NCBI GenBank assembly: GCA_964597675.1
Contig: CAZQYV010000004.1
Coordinates: forward strand, 5,590-69,589
DNA from: an uncultured Candidatus Saccharibacteria bacterium
GTDB taxonomy: Bacteria; Patescibacteriota; Minisyncoccia; Phycocordibacterales; DATDWN01
Reading direction: 5' to 3'
DNA: 64,000 bases
A program made the translations under genes and the position numbers. Below the pieces are notes generated by a model. That model was not told the DNA's origin. It searched no databases and saw only the letters and a list, made by a program, of their open reading frames with translations. Below, in pieces: positions 10,442 through 18,214 of this stretch (its first letter is position 1; each line of letters starts with the position of its first letter).

Positions 10442-10825
10442 ATGTTTCCACGAGGAAGAATGGTTCCGATCGAAAGTCGGAGAGAGAAGCACATTTTTCG
10501 GGGACTGGTTACAGAACACCTGAACCATACGACTGGTCGTTGGTTCTGGAAGAAGTACTTTCCCTCAATCAAAGTTCAATTTTTTGAGGCAGAACATCGC
10601 CGTCTCATGCAGGTCTGCGAAAACACAACCTATTCGGCTCCGAATCCTTCCAATTTCGTGGAGATCGGATTCAAGAAAGCCGAAGAACGAGCCGAGTATC
10701 CGGTCGGGACAGTGGTTGAGGTTACACTCAGCACCTCGAATCAGATTGATGAATTTTTCACTGGAGCGGATCTGTTCCGGTGGGACGGAGTGAAGAAAGC
10801 ATACTACACATCCCATGCTCTTTAA
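10442..10825 (+). CDS. Hypothetical protein
   Basis: 127 aa, SD AAGGAG upstream. Confidence 0.6.
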   Translation: MFPRGRMVPIESRREKHIFRGLVTEHLNHTTGRWFWKKYFPSIKVQFFEAEHRRLMQVCENTTYSAPNPSNFVEIGFKKAEERAEYPVGTVVEVTLSTSNQIDEFFTGADLFRWDGVKKAYYTSHAL

Positions 10826-10931
10826 TTTCAGAAAGCCTGATCAGCAACACTCGATCGGGCCCTTCTCTGGGTTCGCACTGAAGTTTAGTGTTGATCCAGT
10901 AAAAGGTAGTTCTTTTGAAAAGGAGAATATC

Positions 10932-11171
10932 ATGAGTCATCGTTTTCTTTCGCCACTGGAAGTTGCACGAATGATGGAGTTAGCGGACAAACCGTATCGT
11001 CCGCCTCAAATCATTGAACTCAAAGAAAAAATCGAGAACGAAACAAAGGCGGCAGAGCTCAGAGCTTCTATCACCGGTGTCATCGACGAAGAAAGTGTTC
11101 AAAGAATTGTTGCCATGAGACTTGAACTCGATGTTCTCTACGGCAAGTGGACCATTGGAGAACTGAAATAA
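10932..11171 (+). CDS. Hypothetical protein
   Basis: 79 aa from ATG 10932, SD AAGGAG; hairpin plus T-tract at ~11190-11226. Confidence 0.55.
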   Translation: MSHRFLSPLEVARMMELADKPYRPPQIIELKEKIENETKAAELRASITGVIDEESVQRIVAMRLELDVLYGKWTIGELK

Positions 11172-11318
11172 TAAAATTATTCAGATTTTAGCGACCGACT
11201 GAGAAATCATAGGCCGCTTTCTTTTCTGTCAAAAATGGAATAAATTGGTCATACATAACCGTTGGAAGGGTAGATAGATTAATTTTACTTTCTCTCACTT
11301 TTCATATATCTTTAAAAC

Positions 11319-11363
11319 ATGTCACAGCTTTCTATAGGCACGGGAAGGACGCAACCTCACTTT
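11319..11363 (+). other. Second attL-like junction: ychF-type start MSQLSIG joined to an attP-like right arm
   Basis: ATG TCA CAG CTT TCT ATA GG; the 25 bp after GG match 14/25 to the arm at 9403-9427. Confidence 0.7.
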
Positions 11364-11503
11364 TTGGTTACTCAAGCAATTCAAAGCAAATTCCGTTTTA
11401 TTTTGAGATAAAACTACCTCCGCCTTTGCGTAGGGGAATCGACTACGGCTTCACCAAGGAGAACTATTGGACCGTTACAACCGACAATTCGAGTAAGGTA
11501 TAG

Positions 11504-11530
11504 AAAAAGCCCGATCTCTGCGACCGGGCT
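11504..11530 (-). terminator. Terminator, copy 2 of a repeated pair
   Basis: AAAAAGCCCGATCTCTGCGACCGGGCT. Confidence 0.75.
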
Positions 11531-11554
11531 TGCCTGAATACAGGCTTTTGTACA

Positions 11555-12676
11555 TCAAACTTCGGCAGGTGTTTTGGTTCTTGGTCGACCCCTCCCATAA
11601 TGTGTCTTTTTCTGAGGAAGCAGAGCTTTGAACTTCTTGTGCACTTCACTTTCCGGCTCTGTGCATTTAACAATCCACTCGCAGTTAACTTGAACATACC
11701 CAGGATTTTTGATTTCCTCGGTATGGTCAACAACAAACTGGAATGTCTTGTTGGCGACTTCCTGATCTCCGTATTTGCTGGCTAAATCAGAGATATGATG
11801 AAGTTCATACATGCCGTGTTGCGGATTACAACTGCCAGCACGAAGTTCTCGGAGGATCTCACTGGCAATGACACCCCGATGAAGACATGGCCAGTCGAAA
11901 TCCCGATAGAGTCTGTTCAACTCACCCCACGTGTTCTTGCCTGTGAGGGCGTCTCGCAATTCGATTTCCAGAAACTTTGCGTAGTATGCGTGGTCTTCTG
12001 GAAATCTCTTTCCGAGATTTTTGATCTCCTCGTCAGACGGATTGTCGGAGAGGATTTTTTCGGCGACTTCTACGTACTGTCTGGCGGTCAAAGCACCTTT
12101 TGTTTCGGAGCGTTGTCTGCCGACTGGACTGTAGTAGAACGGTCCATCGAAAAGCGAGAGAAAACCGTAGTCCTGCCGAGTACTTGCAAAAGGGTAGGCT
12201 CTTTGAACAAGATCTCTCCTGTTTATGCGGCACTCATCCCTTTGTTTACTACCAGCACCGTTACGCCAGTTCTCATCGAATCGCAAATCGAAGAACTCGA
12301 TGATCGAGCGCCAGTCGGCGAAATTTGTCGCCGTCAGCTTCATTCGGTCAAAGCTCATCGTTCGCCAGTCGTACCAGTATTTTGCCTGGATGTACCACCG
12401 TCTCGCAGTGAGAAAGTCTGCTTGAGCGAGAATGGCAAGAACTCTTTCTTTGGCCTTATCGACAGTGACATCGGAAGGTTTTACACTTCCAATTCTGTCA
12501 ATAATTTTCTCACCCATGTTGTCCTGATTGAAAAACGCACCTTCGCTCGTAATACGAAGGAAAGTAAAGCATTGTTCCATCGTAGCAGTGTGCCAAAAGT
12601 TTTCCGGCAGTTCATTCTCATAGAGGAGAACTGCCAGAGTGAAGCCGATACGTTCGACGGCGATGGTGAAATCCAT
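11555..12676 (-). CDS. Hypothetical helical protein
   Basis: 373 aa from ATG 12676 with SD GAGGAG, ending at the repeated terminator. Confidence 0.65.
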   Translation of the reverse strand: MDFTIAVERIGFTLAVLLYENELPENFWHTATMEQCFTFLRITSEGAFFNQDNMGEKIIDRIGSVKPSDVTVDKAKERVLAILAQADFLTARRWYIQAKYWYDWRTMSFDRMKLTATNFADWRSIIEFFDLRFDENWRNGAGSKQRDECRINRRDLVQRAYPFASTRQDYGFLSLFDGPFYYSPVGRQRSETKGALTARQYVEVAEKILSDNPSDEEIKNLGKRFPEDHAYYAKFLEIELRDALTGKNTWGELNRLYRDFDWPCLHRGVIASEILRELRAGSCNPQHGMYELHHISDLASKYGDQEVANKTFQFVVDHTEEIKNPGYVQVNCEWIVKCTEPESEVHKKFKALLPQKKTHYGRGRPRTKTPAEV

Positions 12677-12801
12677 AGAAATCTCCTCTGAAGTTGATGA
12701 TTGCAAGGTGCTTAAATCCGAGGAGAGGATAACATAATTAGGAAGATTAGTCAATTTGCCAAGTTATGTAAAATATGATTGAATGTTGACGGAGGTAAAT
12801 C

Positions 12802-13272
12802 ATGGAACTGATTGAACTGCTCGTTGAATTCTACAAAGAAGACCGTGCTACCGATCAAGCCCGTAGTTTAACAAGTCAGATTAGGGAGTATGGCTCAGCG
12901 ATTGTGGATGAGTACACCCGCTTCTTTAACAACTATAAGCCAAAGTATCAGGAGGCTGAGTGGCATTTCTGGTGGATATTTGCCGCCATTCCACTCAAGG
13001 ACCAACTGTACATGGTGGAAAAAGCCATGAATTCTGCTGGAGTAGATCGGACACGTCTGGAAAGGAGAATTGTGAACGAAAAACAACTTCTCGAACTTTT
13101 CCAGATTCCGGAGGATTCTCCACACAAGACTCTGATGAAGATGCTTGCATTCGGATGGTATCGCTATATTTCCGTCTGCTCTCCTTCAGAGGATGGATCG
13201 GCATCTCATCTTCGTGATCTGATTCCGTTTCTCAAGACTCTTTTGCTCAACCAACAAGGAGATGCGAAATGA
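12802..13272 (+). CDS. Hypothetical protein
   Basis: 156 aa, SD GGAGGT. Confidence 0.6.
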   Translation: MELIELLVEFYKEDRATDQARSLTSQIREYGSAIVDEYTRFFNNYKPKYQEAEWHFWWIFAAIPLKDQLYMVEKAMNSAGVDRTRLERRIVNEKQLLELFQIPEDSPHKTLMKMLAFGWYRYISVCSPSEDGSASHLRDLIPFLKTLLLNQQGDAK

Positions 13273-13574
13273 AAATTTTCACGCTTGCCTTTACGCTGAT
13301 CAGCGTCATTTTCGGCGGTCTTCTCTGGCTCATGAAGCCGGACAGGGTTGTCGAGATCGCAGATTCCGAAGGAACTGTCACAGTGTCGGTTTACGGACAA
13401 ACAATCCACGTCGATCCGGGACCAGCGGGCTACAAGCATGTCTTCTACGACAGAAACAGCAGCAAGCTGAAGACGACTCTTGTCACCGGTATCCCTCGTC
13501 GAGGACTAATGCTTACCTTCACGAAGGAATCAAATGCTCGTGAGACAAGGATCTGGCATGCTGTATTCAAGTAG
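13269..13574 (+). CDS. Membrane-anchored or secreted hypothetical protein
   Basis: ATGA overlap with previous gene, SD AAGGAG, N-terminal hydrophobic helix; terminator at ~13582-13625. Confidence 0.6.
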   Translation: MKIFTLAFTLISVIFGGLLWLMKPDRVVEIADSEGTVTVSVYGQTIHVDPGPAGYKHVFYDRNSSKLKTTLVTGIPRRGLMLTFTKESNARETRIWHAVFK

Positions 13575-13648
13575 ATACAAACCGCCCCGAGAGCCGCTCG
13601 CTCTCCGGGCGGCTTTCATTTTTTTAGAAATTAAATTAAACTGATGGT

Positions 13649-14176
13649 ATGGGATTAATGGCTCCAAAAATCGAAAGCGCAGAGGCATTAAAAACTCTGG
13701 CAAAAGAAACCAGCAAACCTTGGTATAAAAAAGCAGAGGTATGGATTGGCGTTATTGCAAATGCAATTGCAATTTTTGGTTTGTTTTTCTCTGTTGTTCA
13801 GATCAAAGATATCAAAAATAATCAAAGTGATAGGCAGACTGATTTAATGTTCAGATATGATGATAAACTAAACTTTGGAACCAATGCAAAATTATTCAGT
13901 GCCATCGATAGAAATAAACCAATTTTATATAAAAACGGCGGTAAGTTTAGTGAAGATGATCTCGACTACTTTTTGGGGTTGCTAAACCAAATGTATGAAT
14001 CAAACCAAAACAAACTTTTGAGCGATGATATGATCCAGAGTAATTTCAGTTATCTATTAGAAAAAACTTATAAAAATAAAGAGGTTCAGGATTATTTGAA
14101 GGAAATCAGGAAAGAAGACGAAAGTTTTTTCGTTGGTTTTGATGAACTGGCAGAATCTCAAATATCGAGTAATTAG
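13649..14176 (+). CDS. DUF4760-like single-TM protein
   Basis: TM helix then 'LDYFLGLLNQM...LLSDDMI...YLKEIR...FFVGFDEL'. Confidence 0.5.
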   Translation: MGLMAPKIESAEALKTLAKETSKPWYKKAEVWIGVIANAIAIFGLFFSVVQIKDIKNNQSDRQTDLMFRYDDKLNFGTNAKLFSAIDRNKPILYKNGGKFSEDDLDYFLGLLNQMYESNQNKLLSDDMIQSNFSYLLEKTYKNKEVQDYLKEIRKEDESFFVGFDELAESQISSN

Positions 14177-14183
14177 AAATTAT

Positions 14184-14540
14184 TTATAATTCACACGAAG
14201 GACTTTTGATACGATCATACTTAGCAAGGAGAGCTTCAAGGGTGTCAAAGGATTTCAAATAGCTTGAGCTGAGGGTTTTCCAACCATCACAGGACTCGGG
14301 ATAGTAATACTTTGCACTATAATGCGATGAAGTATAAAATTTTCCACTTGATTGGGTTGTTGCGGTCGGAGTAGTTTGAGTTTGCGAAGCGGAGTTTGTA
14401 GTGTCGCCGTTGCAGGTAGTCGGGGACCAAAGACCCAATTGGTTTGTCTGAGCGGATTTTTGTGCGGCCTTAAATTCTGCTTGGTATTTATAAGGAGTGT
14501 TGTAAGTATATTCGTGAGCATAACCTTGTTGGTTGAGCAA
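14184..14540 (-). pseudogene. Thermonuclease (SNase-family) 3' fragment
   Basis: 'QGYAHEYTYNTPYKYQAEFKAAQKSAQTNQLGLWS' is the SNase C-terminal helix; the catalytic N-terminal part is missing. Confidence 0.75.
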
Positions 14541-14734
14541 AAGAGGCAACAGAGAAACTTAAAAAATTGAAATTCGAGCAAAAACGTGCGATAATGTTAA
14601 GTGTAATAGACAAAATTATCGGAAGCCAGACAAAACTTCAGGTTTATGGATACATTCCGGTAAATAACCAATTAAATAAAAATGTCACATTGTGTTCTAA
14701 GCATCGGTATTGTAGGGCTTCCAAACGTCGGTAA
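14537..14734 (+). pseudogene. Large serine recombinase 3' fragment reading through attR into ychF out of frame
   Basis: My translation: AKEATEKLKKLKFEQKRAIMLSVIDKIIGSQTKLQVYGYIPVNNQLNKNVTLCSKHRYCRASKRR*; 'L.FEQKR.I...IDKI' resembles LSR C-termini; not in the ORF track. Confidence 0.65.
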
Positions 14735-15788
14735 ATCAACATTATTTAATGCACTGACAAAAAAGTCAGTTTCTGCTGAAAATTATCCATTTTGTACGAT
14801 TGATCCGTCTGTTGGTATTGTGCCAGTACCTGATAACAGACTATGGAAATTATCGGCATTTTCACATTCAAAAAAAACTGTTCCTGCTGTTGTCGAATTT
14901 GTTGATATTGCAGGGCTTGTCAAAGGTGCGTCTCTTGGTGAGGGACTCGGTAATAAATTTTTGCAAAATATTCGTGAAGTAGACGCGATTGTCGAGGTTG
15001 TGCGTATTTTTGAGGACGATAAAGTGATTCATGTTCATAATCAAGTAGATCCAGTCAGTGACATCGAAGTCATTAACCTTGAACTTGTTCTGGCTGATCA
15101 AGAAACTGTCACTAAACGTATTAGCAATATACAAAAGGATGTTAAAGCTGGCAAAAAAGAGGCAATATTTGAGGAGAGTGTCTTGAAAAAAGTTGATGCA
15201 GTTTTGCAGGCAGGTGGTATGGCAAATACATTGTCCCTTGGTGAAAATGAATTGGTTGTACTAAAAAGTCTCCACCTTCTTTCTGCAAAACCAATAATGT
15301 ATGCACTCAATAAAAAAGCAGGTGGTAAAAATCTTGATGAAATTGGAGATGAAAGATATGCAAAACTTTTAGAATTTTTAAAACAAAATAATTTCCAACA
15401 TGTTATCGTGGATGCAAAAATTGAGGATGAACTGAAGGAAATGGAGGGCGAAGAGAAAGAAATGTTTCGCACAGAATTAGGTGGAACAGATGATGGTATT
15501 GATCATTTGATTAAAGCAGGGTACTCGTTGCTTAATTTAATTACATATTTTACAACAGGTGAGGATGAGTCTCGAGCCTGGACTATTTTAAAGGGTTCGA
15601 CTGCACCTGTGGCTGGTATGGCAATACATACTGATTTCAAGGATAAGTTTATTCGTGCTGAGGTAGTGCACTGGGACGAGCTTTTGAATGCTGGTTCATA
15701 TGGTACCGCTCGAGAAAAAGGGCTAGTCCGCACAGAGGGAAAGGAATATATCGTGAAAGATGGGGATGTCATTGAGTTTAAAATCTGA
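14682..15788 (+). CDS. ychF: Redox-regulated ATPase YchF; first codons supplied by the island
   Basis: GIVGLPNVGKSTLFNALT, NYPFCTIDP, DIAGLV, C-terminal TGS 'EGKEYIVKDGD'. Confidence 0.97.
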   Translation: MSHCVLSIGIVGLPNVGKSTLFNALTKKSVSAENYPFCTIDPSVGIVPVPDNRLWKLSAFSHSKKTVPAVVEFVDIAGLVKGASLGEGLGNKFLQNIREVDAIVEVVRIFEDDKVIHVHNQVDPVSDIEVINLELVLADQETVTKRISNIQKDVKAGKKEAIFEESVLKKVDAVLQAGGMANTLSLGENELVVLKSLHLLSAKPIMYALNKKAGGKNLDEIGDERYAKLLEFLKQNNFQHVIVDAKIEDELKEMEGEEKEMFRTELGGTDDGIDHLIKAGYSLLNLITYFTTGEDESRAWTILKGSTAPVAGMAIHTDFKDKFIRAEVVHWDELLNAGSYGTAREKGLVRTEGKEYIVKDGDVIEFKI

Positions 15789-15862
15789 CCACTTGACAAT
15801 ATTATAAATCTCGTATATAATACCATAGAAACAGTTCTACAATCAATCCAAGAAGGAGAAAT

Positions 15863-16321
15863 ATGTTCGAGAAAATCGACCGTAAGTCACCCGAAATCAT
15901 GACCGCATTGGCCGAGGCACCCATCTTCAAGAAGCAGGGTAACGTGCAAGCACGGCCCGCTGTCGAAGGAGAACAGATTGTCACCAAGCTCGCCAGTGGC
16001 GCGGAGGAGACGACCAACACCGCAAAGGCGAACGACTGGGTAATGACGAATCCGTCTGGTGAACAGTACATCATCGGGAAGGAGAAGTTCTTCGGTCGGT
16101 ACGAGCCATCCGATACGGATGGCACTTACCATGCCAAGGGCTACTGCCGCGCGATCCAGAACCCGTTCGGGAAACCGATCGAGATAATGGCTTCGTGGGG
16201 CTCACCCCAAACCGGTGATGAAAATTGCTTGATCGCAGATACCTGCGATGAGAGCGGCGAGAACATGGGCGGCGAGCCCTATCTCATAGACGGCAAGGCA
16301 TTCGCCGAGACCTACGCCTAG
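15863..16321 (+). CDS. PGDYG-like domain protein, GC-rich singleton
   Basis: 'ARPAVEGEQIVT...AKANDWVMTNPSGEQYII...FFGRYE'; own promoter (TTGACA 15793), SD and terminator. Confidence 0.5.
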   Translation: MFEKIDRKSPEIMTALAEAPIFKKQGNVQARPAVEGEQIVTKLASGAEETTNTAKANDWVMTNPSGEQYIIGKEKFFGRYEPSDTDGTYHAKGYCRAIQNPFGKPIEIMASWGSPQTGDENCLIADTCDESGENMGGEPYLIDGKAFAETYA

Positions 16322-16522
16322 AGATTTTTTTCAGAGCAACATCGAGAGTCACCACCTAAGACGTGTGTGGCTCTTTCTTTTTTATTTGATACTAACTGCT
16401 ATTATCTGCTATACGATATATATCAGATAACTTGCTATATAAAACTCATTGCTTATAATAAAAATATCGACGTTCTAATAGTTGGGAGATGGTAGTGTGA
16501 TAGAGTTTAGGATTTAGGTACG

Positions 16523-16593
16523 AAAATGCCTCGGAAGATTGCTCATCCGAGGCACCCCTTGCGGGGTATTATAACACATTTTGTGTGATTTGT
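16523..16593 (-). ncRNA. Candidate ~70-nt small RNA
   Basis: TTGACA-17-TAAGAT promoter (16628-16600), GCAA-tetraloop hairpin, terminator hairpin plus U-tract. Confidence 0.35.
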
Positions 16594-16663
16594 ACCTATA
16601 TCTTAGCATACTGCCGTTTATATGTCAAGTCTGATTGAGAAGGGTAAATAATATTAAATTATC

Positions 16664-17113
16664 ATGATAGATACAAAGCAAAGAATAAGAGAGATTCTCG
16701 AAAAGGGATACTTGTTAAGTCTCGCAACAGCCGATCAAAATGGTCCATGGGTTTCTGATGTGAGATATGTATCTGATGATGACTTCACAATATACTGGAT
16801 GTCTGATCCAAACTGTAGACACTCAAAAACTATAGATCAAAACTCGTTAGTAGCAGCGACTATTGAATTAAATTATAATTTTGGAACGCCTAATCTTGGT
16901 TTACAAATTTCTGGCTACGCAAAAAAATTGAGTGTATTACGTGTTGATTTGGCTATTAAATACGTAACACGAAGAGGAAAGCCAACGCCATCACAAATAT
17001 CGAATATATTAAAAAATGGCTATTCATGGTATGAATTGAAGCCATCCTTTATTGAACTTAATGATGAGGAAAATTTTGGCTTTGATAATAAACAGAAGAT
17101 AGTAATCTCATAA
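16664..17113 (+). CDS. Pyridoxamine 5'-phosphate oxidase-like (split barrel) protein
   Basis: 'LSLATADQNGPWVSDV...IYWMSDPNCRHS...N..VAATI...GLQISG'. Confidence 0.8.
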   Translation: MIDTKQRIREILEKGYLLSLATADQNGPWVSDVRYVSDDDFTIYWMSDPNCRHSKTIDQNSLVAATIELNYNFGTPNLGLQISGYAKKLSVLRVDLAIKYVTRRGKPTPSQISNILKNGYSWYELKPSFIELNDEENFGFDNKQKIVIS

Positions 17114-17182
17114 ATCTTGATTCATACCTCTTGAATCCATATCCATGGTATAATACTTTTGTTATTCAATAACTACATATCT

Positions 17183-18124
17183 ATGGAACCAAATCAATCA
17201 CAAACACAAGTAAGTGGAAAAGCTACTGCAAAAGATTTTTTCCTCAACCTCGGAGCAATTGTTGCATTGTACACCACAGTTGTATCACTTTTAAATCTGT
17301 TATTTACGGTTATAAATAAAGCTTACCCACAGATTACTAGCTACTATTATTCAACAGGCAGTCAGTCGATTAGTTTTCCTGTTGCAACACTCATTATTTT
17401 CTTCCCGATCTATGTATTGCTCATGTGGATTCTTGAAAAAGGTTTTGTGACAGAACCAGAAAAGCGCCATGTTGCAGTTCGTCGATGGCTGACATATATC
17501 ACCTTATTTATTACAGGTCTAGTTTTGGCAGGAGATCTTGTGTATATTCTCTACAAATTTCTTGACGGTCAGGAAATGACAGTGGCATTTTTGCTCAAGG
17601 CGCTTTCTGTACTTGTAGTCTCTCTCGGTATCTTTATGTACTACATATCTGATATTCGTGATCGACTTACAAAATCAAAGCGACGCATCTGGCTTGGAGT
17701 GGTGCTACTCGTCATCATTGCGTCTATAACATGGGGTTTTGTTGTTATTGGTTCACCTCGTACACAACAGTTGCTCAAGTATGATATGCAGAAAGTATCA
17801 GGTCTTCAAAATATTGATGGTCAGGTACAGATGTATTATCAGACTAAGGGTACATTACCCGAGACAATATCGGATATTGCAGCAATGGCATACTACATCG
17901 ATATAAATGATCCACAGACAGCGACACCGTATGAATACAAAAAAACCGGAGCACTTGAGTATCAATTGTGTGCAACATTTAACACAGATTCTGTTTATGC
18001 TAGTGAACTAGCGTCGAATCCAAAAATGCAGTTAAATAGTGAAGCAATGTGGACACATTCAGCGGGCCCCTACTGTTTCAAACGAGCTGTGGATGCACGT
18101 ATCGCTCCAAAACCAGTCAGATAG
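17183..18124 (+). CDS. DUF5671-like multi-TM membrane protein
   Basis: Five TM helices, 'RRWLTYITLF', 'GSP', 'DPQTATPYEY...YQLCATF'. Confidence 0.7.
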   Translation: MEPNQSQTQVSGKATAKDFFLNLGAIVALYTTVVSLLNLLFTVINKAYPQITSYYYSTGSQSISFPVATLIIFFPIYVLLMWILEKGFVTEPEKRHVAVRRWLTYITLFITGLVLAGDLVYILYKFLDGQEMTVAFLLKALSVLVVSLGIFMYYISDIRDRLTKSKRRIWLGVVLLVIIASITWGFVVIGSPRTQQLLKYDMQKVSGLQNIDGQVQMYYQTKGTLPETISDIAAMAYYIDINDPQTATPYEYKKTGALEYQLCATFNTDSVYASELASNPKMQLNSEAMWTHSAGPYCFKRAVDARIAPKPVR

Positions 18125-18149
18125 AAAGATGTAACAGATTGTCATTTTC

Positions 18150-18178
18150 AAAAATCCAAGGGCATCCCTTGGATTTTT
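18150..18178. repeat. TCCAAGGG-CAT-CCCTTGGA palindrome, also present twice inside mnmA
   Basis: Exact 19-mer match to 26383-26401. Confidence 0.8.
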
Positions 18179-18214
18179 TGCCAGAGGGTGATTTATGATG
18201 TATGATGGTGAAAT

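Larger units (their letters stand above)
9401..14707. mobile_element. Decayed serine-recombinase integrative island in the 5' end of ychF
   Basis: attL/attR with a GG centre, LSR 3' remnant at the right end, truncated thermonuclease, SD-led GC-richer cargo. Confidence 0.75.

Noticed and set aside
11795-12691. 298-aa plus-strand ORF
   Set aside because: Antisense shadow of the 11555-12676 gene, which has the SD and the terminator
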